Shown: positions 12,907 through 21,690 of the stretch, piece by piece
How the letters are laid out: every line of letters begins with the position of its first letter
Position numbering within the stretch: position 1 is the first letter of the stretch
NCBI GenBank assembly: GCA_903838025.1
Contig: CAILXB010000134.1
Span: 1 to 56,597 of the forward strand
Reading direction: 5' to 3'
DNA from: an uncultured Chlorobiaceae bacterium
GTDB lineage: Bacteria; Bacteroidota; Chlorobiia; Chlorobiales; Chlorobiaceae
Length of the DNA: 56,597 nucleotides
Notes under the pieces: generated by a model
The model's input: only the letters and a program-made list of their open reading frames with translations
What the model was told of the DNA's origin: nothing
The model's database searches: none
Position numbers and translations under genes: made by a program

Positions 12907-12953
12907 CTATCGAGATGAGAGGGCAAAAAAAAAGAGATCTCGCATTATGACAG
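12907..12953 (+). promoter_or_regulatory. Paired putative enhancer sites, promoter 1
   Basis: ctatcgagatgagag (12907) and ctcgcattatgacag (12939); similar pairs sit at the same offsets at two other promoters. Confidence 0.7.
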
Positions 12954-13029
12954 TCAAGCAATGCCTCCAAGCCGTTCTATTTACCTATAACATCTTGTTG
13001 CACATAATTTTATCTACAATATCACGTTC

Positions 13030-13044
13030 TGGCACTATAATTGT
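13030..13044 (+). promoter_or_regulatory. Sigma54 -24/-12 promoter 1
   Basis: TGGCAC-tataa-TTGT, 75 nt before the first EPS gene. Confidence 0.8.
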
Positions 13045-13118
13045 AATTAGTGCAAGTGTGCCAAGAAAAACAGGGCGATAAAAATAATCAACCATGAGCC
13101 TAAAGAACTCAAAAAAAA

Positions 13119-13904
13119 ATGCAAACAGAACTCTTGGGCGTTTTATTTGAACAAGCAACACTTTCCTCTGCAGTTACTCAAATCCTTAACGCTGGCAAGG
13201 AAAAGAGAAAGGGTCTTGTTGTCACGCCAAATGTGGACCATATTGTTATGCTGCAAGATGATAGCGATATGAAGCACATCTATGACAATGCCCTCTTTCG
13301 ATACGCTGATGGAATGCCAATTGTCTGGCTGAGCAAAATCGTAAAGGGCGAAAGTCTTCCTGAGCGGGTAACCGGTGCTGACCTTTTGATTGCCGTCTGT
13401 GAAAAAGCTGCAAAAACCGACTTGAATATTTATTTTCTTGGTGGCAATCCTGGTATTGCCGAACAGGCAGCAACAAAACTCAAAGGCAAATTTGCTGGCT
13501 TAAAAATATCAGGCATCTACTGCCCCCCTTTTGGATTTGAAAACAGGCAAGAAGAGACCGATTGGATTATTAACGATATAAATTTCAGAAATATTGACAT
13601 CCTTTTTATTGGTGTTGGAGCCCCCAAACAGGAAAAATGGGCAGCCAAACATCTTGATCGGCTACAGGTAGGTCCTATACTCTGTGTTGGCGCAGCATTT
13701 GATTTTGCCGCAGGCGTGATCAATCGAGCCCCTTTGTGGGTACAGAAATCAGGCTGTGAATGGATCTGGCGCCTGGCAAGCGAACCGACAAGAATGTGGA
13801 GGCGTTATCTGATAAGAGACAGCCGTTTTATACCATTAGCATTGAAAGAGCTCTCAAAATCAATCTTGAGCGCTCATTCAAAAAAATCCCCCCAACATAA
13901 TTAA
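13119..13904 (+). CDS. WecB/TagA/CpsF family glycosyltransferase (GT26)
   Basis: VTPNVDH, ADGMP, ERVTGADL, GVGAPKQE, EWIWRLASEP. Confidence 0.93.
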   Translation: MQTELLGVLFEQATLSSAVTQILNAGKEKRKGLVVTPNVDHIVMLQDDSDMKHIYDNALFRYADGMPIVWLSKIVKGESLPERVTGADLLIAVCEKAAKTDLNIYFLGGNPGIAEQAATKLKGKFAGLKISGIYCPPFGFENRQEETDWIINDINFRNIDILFIGVGAPKQEKWAAKHLDRLQVGPILCVGAAFDFAAGVINRAPLWVQKSGCEWIWRLASEPTRMWRRYLIRDSRFIPLALKELSKSILSAHSKKSPQHN

Positions 13905-13929
13905 TCGACCCTCTACACAATAGTTTTCT

Positions 13930-14649
13930 ATGGAACTTGATCCAACAGTCCGAAAAGAGCTTATAGAAAAAGTAAGCGAGTCGCTCAATCCAAAGGTTCG
14001 CTTTAGACGCTCTCTGAAGGTTACTTCATGGGAGACCACGGTCATGTTTTCCTATATCCTGAAGAGAGTACTGGATATGACGGTAGCAATAGTTGGCGGG
14101 TTATTTTTTCTTCCTCTCTGTCTCCTGACAGCACTCTGTATCTGGATTGAAAATCCCGGCCCTGTTCTCTATTATCAGACGAGGGTAGGCCGAAATGGAA
14201 AACATTTCAAGTTTTACAAATTCAGATCGATGGTTGTGAATGCCGACCACTTAAAAGCTGAACTTGCAGCAATGAACGAATCGAAGGCGGGTGTCATCTT
14301 CAAGATTAAAAAAGATCCCAGAATTACAAGGGTTGGAAAAATCATCCGCAAGCTCAGCATCGATGAACTGCCGCAGCTTCTCAACGTCCTCATTGGCGAC
14401 ATGAGTCTTGTCGGGCCCAGACCACCGCTCCCGTCGGAGGTAGCAAAATATACCCTTGAAGAGCGTAAGCGACTACACGTCATCCCCGGCATTACCTGCC
14501 TCTGGCAGGTAAGTGGCAGAAGCGACATCCCCTTTAATGAACAGGTCATGCTTGATATGCAGTATATCCAGAGCGCAAGTTTTCTTAATGATCTTCTTCT
14601 GCTTCTAAAAACTATTCCTGCCGTGCTGACAGGCAAAGGTGCATACTAA
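13930..14649 (+). CDS. Priming sugar (phosphoglycosyl) transferase
   Basis: KRVLD, YKFRSM, DPRITRVG, SIDELPQL, GDMSLVGPRP. Confidence 0.95.
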   Translation: MELDPTVRKELIEKVSESLNPKVRFRRSLKVTSWETTVMFSYILKRVLDMTVAIVGGLFFLPLCLLTALCIWIENPGPVLYYQTRVGRNGKHFKFYKFRSMVVNADHLKAELAAMNESKAGVIFKIKKDPRITRVGKIIRKLSIDELPQLLNVLIGDMSLVGPRPPLPSEVAKYTLEERKRLHVIPGITCLWQVSGRSDIPFNEQVMLDMQYIQSASFLNDLLLLLKTIPAVLTGKGAY

Positions 14650-14663
14650 AACACGATAACACC

Positions 14664-15020
14664 ATGATCTTTCAACTTGACACCTCCACCGATACAACAA
14701 TTGGCATTGCGGCACTTCAGGTTCGCATTGATGCCAATAACTGCGGTGAACTTCAAAAAGCATTTTTAAACTGGCTGCAACAGAGTGCCAATATTGTTTT
14801 TGACTGCAGCTCTCTGGACTTTATCGACAGTAGCGGTTTGGGTACAATAGTATCCTGTCTGCGCAAGGCGCTTGAGCATAAGGGTGATCTTAAGCTTGCT
14901 GCCCTCGGGCCCAAGGTCTCTTTAATTTTTGAGCTTACCAAGGCTAAACAGCTTTTTTCCATATACCCCGACGCAGCATCCGCTGTAAGCTCATTCAATG
15001 CAATAACAGCAGGGCAATAA
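14664..15020 (+). CDS. STAS-domain protein, copy 2
   Basis: FDCSSLDFIDSSGLGTIV. Confidence 0.92.
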   Translation: MIFQLDTSTDTTIGIAALQVRIDANNCGELQKAFLNWLQQSANIVFDCSSLDFIDSSGLGTIVSCLRKALEHKGDLKLAALGPKVSLIFELTKAKQLFSIYPDAASAVSSFNAITAGQ

Positions 15021-15029
15021 GCTGGTACC

Positions 15030-16406
15030 ATGAAAACAATAATTATCACAAAAAAGCTCGATTATCCATGGTTGCACGATATTCTGCCCGGCCATCATCC
15101 GCTGCTTGTTCCCCTGTGCAACAAGCCGTTTGTTGAGTTTTTGATTGATTTTTCTATCCTGGCTGGCAGCACCGCTATCCGAATTATCAGTGACGAAGCA
15201 GTCAACGATGTTGAAAAATTTTGCGAAAAAGGCGATAGATGGGGCATTGATATCAGTTATGCCAACTCTCTGCCATCAGACAGCCTCCATAAAATTCTGG
15301 AAAAAAACAGCCGATTCTGTTCGGATCAGCGAATTATGATTATCAACAACATCCTTTTTATTCATTACAATAAAAACGCTGACTACCGATCTTATTTTGC
15401 GTCACTTCCATCAGGCGATCTCCCTGGTTTCGGCAAAAAAACTCTCAGCTTGACAGGCTCCCCTATCGCTTCAGCAAACAGTCGAGAGACTCCTCCCTTA
15501 TCGATGGTTGTTCTTGGCTCTGTCGGGCAGTACTATCAACTTGCCGAAGATCTGCTGCATAACAGATTGTTACACTACGTACTGCCAGGGTATAACAATG
15601 AGGCTGGATGTTACATTGGAAGAAATGTTGTCATTCAAAAAAGCGCAAAAATTATTAAACCAGTAATTATCGGCAACAACGTCCAGATACTTGCCGGTTC
15701 AGTAATAGGACCTGCCGCAATAATTGGGAACAATGTGATTGTTGACAGGAACAGCTCTGTTGCATCAAGCATTGTTATGGATAACACCTTTATTGGTGAA
15801 GAACTTGAAGTCGAAAATAAAATTGCCTCCGGCAATGTCCTTATTGACCCCGAAAGCGGGCACTCGCTAACAATGGAAGACCCGCATCTTTTAAGCAGCA
15901 TAAGCCAAACCATCGGTTCAGCCACTCTCTTCCTGCGGATTGTACATAGTTGTATTGCAGCGTCACTTATTATTATCCTGCTACTTCCTTATCTTTTTTT
16001 AAGACCCATACTTGAGTCAAGAGGTTCCTGGTCAACAAAACAAATACTCTATTACTCCGCAAAACCACGGTGCAAGGTATCTCTGCCAGTGACGACTCTA
16101 AGAAAAAAAGGCCTGCTAAGTACTCTCGCTATTTTCTTTTCCCTTGATCGCTTTCTGTGGCTGTTTAAAGTACTGAGTGGACATCTTGATATTATCGGAA
16201 GCCGACCGATTGAGGTAACTCAGCGGAGTAAAACACACCACAGACCAGGCGTATTTAACTATGCCGAGGCTGAAGATTGGCCACAAAATGATATTGATTC
16301 AGATATCGTCAATCATTACTATGCGGTCCACAGCAATTTTTTTAAGGATATAGCAATGATACAAAAAGCTCTTTTCAACAGAATACATCAAGAAGACACC
16401 GTATGA
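15030..16406 (+). CDS. Nucleotidyltransferase-like + hexapeptide LbH + degenerate sugar-transferase fusion
   Basis: LVPLCNKPF/GDRWGIDISY; IGRNV/IGNNV repeats; SLDRF...VLSGHLDIIGSRP. Confidence 0.75.
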   Translation: MKTIIITKKLDYPWLHDILPGHHPLLVPLCNKPFVEFLIDFSILAGSTAIRIISDEAVNDVEKFCEKGDRWGIDISYANSLPSDSLHKILEKNSRFCSDQRIMIINNILFIHYNKNADYRSYFASLPSGDLPGFGKKTLSLTGSPIASANSRETPPLSMVVLGSVGQYYQLAEDLLHNRLLHYVLPGYNNEAGCYIGRNVVIQKSAKIIKPVIIGNNVQILAGSVIGPAAIIGNNVIVDRNSSVASSIVMDNTFIGEELEVENKIASGNVLIDPESGHSLTMEDPHLLSSISQTIGSATLFLRIVHSCIAASLIIILLLPYLFLRPILESRGSWSTKQILYYSAKPRCKVSLPVTTLRKKGLLSTLAIFFSLDRFLWLFKVLSGHLDIIGSRPIEVTQRSKTHHRPGVFNYAEAEDWPQNDIDSDIVNHYYAVHSNFFKDIAMIQKALFNRIHQEDTV

Positions 16407-16723
16407 TTATCATTGAAAATACCATCAATAACTTTGCGGTTTTATCATTGAAGGGCATTCTTAATGCTTCATCGTCCCCCCAACTGAAAAGCCATATCGA
16501 ACAGTCTCCGGAGAGTCAATCTTTGGTAATCGATCTTGGACAAGTGGACTTTCTCGATAGTAGCGGCCTTGGTGTTCTGGTAGGAATTGCCCGTAAGAAA
16601 AAAATGTCTGGTGCTCTTTTAAAACTTGCCAATCTGAACGAGCGGGTCAAAAAAGTTTTTGAATTAACAAATGCATATACGTTGTTTGATATCTATGATG
16701 ATGTTGCAGCGGCAGTTGTATAA
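16403..16723 (+). CDS. STAS-domain protein, copy 3 (close paralog of 10565)
   Basis: IDLGQVDFLDSSGLGVLVGIARKKK; ATGA overlap with the upstream gene. Confidence 0.93.
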   Translation: MIIIENTINNFAVLSLKGILNASSSPQLKSHIEQSPESQSLVIDLGQVDFLDSSGLGVLVGIARKKKMSGALLKLANLNERVKKVFELTNAYTLFDIYDDVAAAVV

Positions 16724-16752
16724 TCAGTCAAAATAATTTTTATAGATCTTAT

Positions 16753-17196
16753 ATGAAAAAGATACTCACCCTTACCTTGCAGGGCGATTTAATCTATGTA
16801 AAGGTAGTCTCGATTATAGCCGGCAATATTGCTGAAATTTTTGCTCATGAAGCACAAGCTACCAGTAACATTGCGGAATTTGCTCATGCGTTCGAGCTCT
16901 CCATCAGCGAATCTTTTACAAATTCTGTACGATATGCAGACCCTTCCAGTAAGGCAAAAGAGGTCGCAATCACCTTCACCACCAATAAACATGAGCTTAC
17001 AGCAACAGTGATTGACTCTAATGCGCAGTTCAACCCTCAAACACAGCCCCCTGTTATATCCAGTTATCCAGAGGGGGGGTACGGACTGTTTCTTATCAAT
17101 CACCTTATGGATAAAGTATCTTACTCCAGAAGTAAGGGTAAAAACACTCTTTTGATGACCAAGCAGGTGGAAGTGGCAAGACCTGTACATTCATAA
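16753..17196 (+). CDS. RsbW-like anti-sigma Ser kinase, copy 2
   Basis: ELSISESFTNSVRYA, YPEGGYGLFLI. Confidence 0.9.
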   Translation: MKKILTLTLQGDLIYVKVVSIIAGNIAEIFAHEAQATSNIAEFAHAFELSISESFTNSVRYADPSSKAKEVAITFTTNKHELTATVIDSNAQFNPQTQPPVISSYPEGGYGLFLINHLMDKVSYSRSKGKNTLLMTKQVEVARPVHS

Positions 17197-17222
17197 CCAA
17201 AAAAACTCCGTCAGGATTCCAC

Positions 17223-18194
17223 ATGGTATCAGTAATCATCGTTAGTTACAACACAAAGGATATTCTCCGAAACTGTCTTCAGGCCCTTTTTACCCATAGT
17301 GCCGGTATTGATCTTGAGGTTTTTGTTGTCGACAACAACTCCACCGACGATTCCCTGCTTATGGTGCAGAATGAATTTCCTTCTGTGCACCTGACGGCAA
17401 ACACTCAAAACCTTGGCTTTGCCGCAGCGAATAACCAGGCGTTCGAGCACGCAACCGGCCAATATATCATTCTGCTCAACCCCGATGCCTATATCAGGCC
17501 ATCATCAATTCGAAACTGCATCGAGTTTATGGATCGCACCCCAAAGTGCGGTCTTTGCGGAGGTAAAATAATTTCACCTCAAGGCCATATTGAACCCTCA
17601 GCCCGCCGGTTTCCCAACGCACTCTACAAACTGCTTACACTCTCGGGAATCAGCGGGAAATTTCCGACATCTCCTCTTCTGAACCATCACGAATTCGGCG
17701 GATTTGCTCACGACCGGCCGATAGAAGTTGATTGGGTACCTGGCACCTATACCATTTTACGCAAAACGATGCTCGACTCAATCGGATTGTTTGACCCGCG
17801 ATTCTACCTCTACTATGAGGAGACCGACCTCTGCCTTCGAGCTAAAAAAGCGGGATGGAAAGTTTATTTCACTCCGGATGCCGAGGTCATGCACATAGGC
17901 GGGGCCAGCAGTAAAACAAGAAAAGACAAAACAATTGATGTGAGAGCAGCACAGGTTCTCTCTTTCAGAATGCGGAGCGAGTGCCTCTATTACCGTAAAA
18001 ACAAGGGTCTTGTCCCCATGTTATTGGCCACAGGAGTCGAACTTCTCTGGTATGTCGCTCGATACGTTAAAAATCTTTTGCCCTCAAAAAATGCGGCACA
18101 AAAACGGACTGCCGCCATGGCAATCAGCAAGCTGATTCTTCAATCGCTTCGTGATACCCGTTTGGGCAAAGTATCTCCTCCAACACCCTGGTAA
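17223..18194 (+). CDS. Glycosyltransferase family 2
   Basis: SVIIVSYN, VVDNNSTD, LLNPD, YYEETDLC. Confidence 0.93.
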   Translation: MVSVIIVSYNTKDILRNCLQALFTHSAGIDLEVFVVDNNSTDDSLLMVQNEFPSVHLTANTQNLGFAAANNQAFEHATGQYIILLNPDAYIRPSSIRNCIEFMDRTPKCGLCGGKIISPQGHIEPSARRFPNALYKLLTLSGISGKFPTSPLLNHHEFGGFAHDRPIEVDWVPGTYTILRKTMLDSIGLFDPRFYLYYEETDLCLRAKKAGWKVYFTPDAEVMHIGGASSKTRKDKTIDVRAAQVLSFRMRSECLYYRKNKGLVPMLLATGVELLWYVARYVKNLLPSKNAAQKRTAAMAISKLILQSLRDTRLGKVSPPTPW

Positions 18195-18207
18195 TCACTT
18201 TTTACTT

Positions 18208-18711
18208 ATGACTCTCTTTGCAAATATTCAAGCCGATTTAGCAACCTATAATGGAGTATGGAGCTCACAAGGCTTTTGGGTAATGATCGTCTACCGGTTC
18301 GGGCGCTGGCGTTACACCTTAAAAAATGGGTTTATCCGAAAACCTTTTTCTCTCCTGTACAAATTTCTCTACAAAATCGTACAGATACTTACTGGTATAG
18401 AGCTCCCCTGTGAGGTTCCTGTTGGTGTAAATTTCCGTATTGAACATTTCGGCGATATCATCGTCAGCGGTTATGCCAGTTTTGGTGATAACTGCATTAT
18501 CCGAAACGGAGTAACAATAGGCCTGAAAAATATCGACCAAAAAATTGCACCCTCAATCGGCAACAACGTCAATATCGGTACCGGTGCAAAAATCCTTGGC
18601 AATATCACTATCGGCAACAACGTCGATATTGGAGCCAATGCCGTAGTAATCACCTCAGTCCCCGACAACTGCCTTGCTGTAGGCATTCCTGCAAAAATTA
18701 TTCCTCATTAA
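18208..18711 (+). CDS. CysE/WcaB-like hexapeptide O-acetyltransferase
   Basis: TGIELP, IGNNVNIGTGAKILG, GANAVV, VGIPAK; ATG at 18208. Confidence 0.88.
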   Translation: MTLFANIQADLATYNGVWSSQGFWVMIVYRFGRWRYTLKNGFIRKPFSLLYKFLYKIVQILTGIELPCEVPVGVNFRIEHFGDIIVSGYASFGDNCIIRNGVTIGLKNIDQKIAPSIGNNVNIGTGAKILGNITIGNNVDIGANAVVITSVPDNCLAVGIPAKIIPH

Positions 18712-18831
18712 GCTCAGTCTCTGCTTTTTTATCACTGCCTGACTCTCTACCAAGCTATCAGCATGCTTTTTGTACCACGCTTTTTATGCTATATTTAGCC
18801 GATAAGTTCGGCAATTTTTTTTGATGGCTCC

Positions 18832-19896
18832 ATGAGGTTACAACACAACATAATCATCACAGTATGCAGCTTTTTGCTCTCAATGATGATCAGCGCCTGC
18901 AATGACATTTCACCAGTACCTACCCGGGTACCAGCTCCTCCTGAAAGAGATTTCAGTATTGAACTTCCCCAAAAAAATCAGAAGTTTGCCACCAAAGAGC
19001 AGTTAGAAGCTATACGACCCAAGGAAACCTATCAATATCGTTTAGGCCCGGGTGATCTTGTCACTATAAAGGTTTGGCGAAGACCTGAGCTTTCGCAGGA
19101 AAATATTCTAGTTTCTCCTGACGGCTTTATCGCTATGCCCAGAATAGGCAATATCAGTGTCATCAATTACACAACCGAAGAGGTTCAGAAATTGTTGACA
19201 TCAAAACTTGAGGCGCTCTACACAGAGCCTGAAGTAACCATACAGATCAAAGAGTTTCACAACAATAAAGCTTTTGTGCTTGGTCGGGTTGCCAAGCCTG
19301 GTGTCATCAACTTCCCGGGCAATGGTACGCTGCTTGAAGGTCTTGCCCTTGCCGGAGGGCTACCTGATCAGGGTAAAATGACACGATGCTCTATCATCCG
19401 GGGCAACAACACTGTCTTGTGGATCGATCTTCAAGATCTCCTTAAAAACGGCAATATGAGCCTGAATGCCCCTATCAGAAACAATGATGTAATTTTCCTT
19501 CCTGAGCTGAATGACGAAATTGTCTATGTCATGGGAGAGGTAAATAATCCCGGTGCGGTGCAGTTAAAAGATGGTATGAACGTCCTGAAAGCAATCATGC
19601 TGTCAGGAGGTATGAACAAAAATGCAAACCCCCAAAAAATATTTATCATCAGGCAACAAAATGTAAAAGGAGACGTTATTACGGTTGATCTCAATAAACT
19701 TATTGCCCACGGCGACTTCAGTCAAAACCTCACGCTCTTGCCAAACGATATTGTCTACATTAGCACAACAGGTATAGCAAAATTCAACTATACCCTTGAA
19801 AAAATCATGCCTTCATTACAAATTATGAGTATGGGTTTGGGAGATATGAATCTTATTAAAGGAAATTCAACAATAATCAATACCATAGGTAAATAA
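18832..19896 (+). CDS. Polysaccharide export protein (Wza-like, SLBB repeats)
   Basis: Lipobox-like ISAC, YRLGPGD, VSPDGFI, VLGRVAKPG, VMGEVNNPG. Confidence 0.9.
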   Translation: MRLQHNIIITVCSFLLSMMISACNDISPVPTRVPAPPERDFSIELPQKNQKFATKEQLEAIRPKETYQYRLGPGDLVTIKVWRRPELSQENILVSPDGFIAMPRIGNISVINYTTEEVQKLLTSKLEALYTEPEVTIQIKEFHNNKAFVLGRVAKPGVINFPGNGTLLEGLALAGGLPDQGKMTRCSIIRGNNTVLWIDLQDLLKNGNMSLNAPIRNNDVIFLPELNDEIVYVMGEVNNPGAVQLKDGMNVLKAIMLSGGMNKNANPQKIFIIRQQNVKGDVITVDLNKLIAHGDFSQNLTLLPNDIVYISTTGIAKFNYTLEKIMPSLQIMSMGLGDMNLIKGNSTIINTIGK

Positions 19897-19920
19897 GTAA
19901 ATAATTACGACAACAAAAAA

Positions 19921-21681
19921 ATGACTCTTTCTCCCCGATCGTTTTTTAATAAAGCTCAGTTGTTCCTGCAACCTAAAGAGCGAGTAAATGTTACGATATT
20001 GCTGTTTTTGATGCTTATCGGTGTTTGTCTTGAAACCCTTGGTATTGGGTTAGTGATACCGACGCTTGCTATTTTTTCAGAACATAATATCGCCGAAAAG
20101 TATCCAGCAATTCGCCCGCTGCTCCAATTTTTAGGAAACCCGAATTCAAATACCCTCTTGATTGGTGGCGTCTTGCTGCTGTTTGTGGTTTATCTTTTCA
20201 AAGCTGTTTATTTAGGCTTGCTGGCCTGGGCACAAAATCGCTTTATCTCTAATGTTGAGGCTAGGCTCTCACTTCACCTCTTCACCATCTACCTGCGTCA
20301 GCCATACGCATTTCACTTGCAGCAAAACTCCGCTCTTTTAATCCAGAATGTGATTACTGAAGTCGGGGTGTTTACTAATAACGTTCTAACCCCCACACTA
20401 CAACTCATCACAGAGTCACTTGTTATTCTTGCTCTCTGCATCATGGTAGTTTCAGTCGAACCTATTGGCAGCATTATCATTATCAGCATCTTTAGCGTGA
20501 CAGGTTTTGGATTTATGAAACTGACAAAAAAAAAGATGACCCTCTGGGGTGAAATTCGTCAACTGCATGATGGGATGCGACTCCTTCACCTGCAGCAAGG
20601 GCTTGGTGGTGCCAAAGATGTCAAATTACTGGGGAGAGATTCTGAATTTTTACGCCGATATAGAACTCATACCAATGCACGTGCAAGTGTTGTACAGTTA
20701 AACGCAACCGTGCAGCAATTTCCCCGCCTCTTGATGGAGCTTCTTACCATTGCGGCTTTTGCACTGCTTGTTATTACAACGTTGGCACAGGGAGGAGCAA
20801 TTGGCGACATCATCCCCAAGATGGGCCTTTTTGCTGTAGCCGCATTTCGCTTAATACCCTCCATTAATCGCATTCTCGCCGCATCACAGGCACTGAAATA
20901 CTGCTCACCAGTGGTAGCTATTCTACAAAAGGAGCTGGAACTGCCTGTGGAGGAAAACAATAAACCTGAAATATCGTCAAAACCCTTCGCAAACCAGCTT
21001 GTTCTCCAGAATATATCCTATACTTATCCTGCGGCTCCCTCACCTGCCCTCAACAAGATCTCTCTTACCATCAAACAAGGTACCTCTGTGGGCTTTATCG
21101 GAAAAAGTGGATCCGGTAAAAGCACACTTGTTGATATCCTTTTAGGATTACTGACGCCTGACGCTGGCTCTATAGCAGCAGACGGTATCGAAATCCAAAA
21201 GAACATGCGTGGATGGCAGAACCAGATAGGGTATGTAGCACAATCAATATATCTGACCGATGATACGCTTCGAAAAAACATCGCCTTTGGGCTGCCAACC
21301 GAAGAGATTGATGAAGAGTCTGTAAAAAAGGCTGTTTCAGCGGCCTATCTTACAGAATTTGTTGAGCAACTCCCGGAAGGACTTGAGACCATGGTGGGTG
21401 AGAGGGGTGTTCGCCTCTCGGGCGGCCAACGCCAACGCATCGGCATCGCCCGTGCACTCTATCACAATCCGTCAATACTCGTGCTTGACGAAGCAACAAG
21501 TGCACTTGACCTCGCTACTGAAAAAGAGGTTATGGAAGCCGTCAATGCCCTGCAAGGTTCAAAGACAATTATCATCGTTGCCCATCGGCTCAGTACACTC
21601 GAAAAATGTGACATAGTCTACAATCTCCAGAATGGAATAATTGAGTCACACGGGACTCCATCGCTCTTTATAAAAAAATAG
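19921..21681 (+). CDS. ABC exporter (fused TMD-NBD), PglK/HetA-like glycan flippase
   Basis: GKSGSGKST, LSGGQRQR, LDEATSALD, AHRLST; N-terminal TM domain. Confidence 0.88.
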   Translation: MTLSPRSFFNKAQLFLQPKERVNVTILLFLMLIGVCLETLGIGLVIPTLAIFSEHNIAEKYPAIRPLLQFLGNPNSNTLLIGGVLLLFVVYLFKAVYLGLLAWAQNRFISNVEARLSLHLFTIYLRQPYAFHLQQNSALLIQNVITEVGVFTNNVLTPTLQLITESLVILALCIMVVSVEPIGSIIIISIFSVTGFGFMKLTKKKMTLWGEIRQLHDGMRLLHLQQGLGGAKDVKLLGRDSEFLRRYRTHTNARASVVQLNATVQQFPRLLMELLTIAAFALLVITTLAQGGAIGDIIPKMGLFAVAAFRLIPSINRILAASQALKYCSPVVAILQKELELPVEENNKPEISSKPFANQLVLQNISYTYPAAPSPALNKISLTIKQGTSVGFIGKSGSGKSTLVDILLGLLTPDAGSIAADGIEIQKNMRGWQNQIGYVAQSIYLTDDTLRKNIAFGLPTEEIDEESVKKAVSAAYLTEFVEQLPEGLETMVGERGVRLSGGQRQRIGIARALYHNPSILVLDEATSALDLATEKEVMEAVNALQGSKTIIIVAHRLSTLEKCDIVYNLQNGIIESHGTPSLFIKK

Positions 21682-21690
21682 TCTTCTCGT

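Noticed and set aside
13051-13063. Minus-strand TGGCAC-ac-TTGCA as an antisense sigma54 promoter
   Set aside because: Spacer is 2 nt rather than 5
18759-18773. CAGCAT-N5-TTGT upstream of the wza-like gene as a fourth sigma54 promoter
   Set aside because: Lacks the invariant GG, and no IHF-like site was seen at the expected offset
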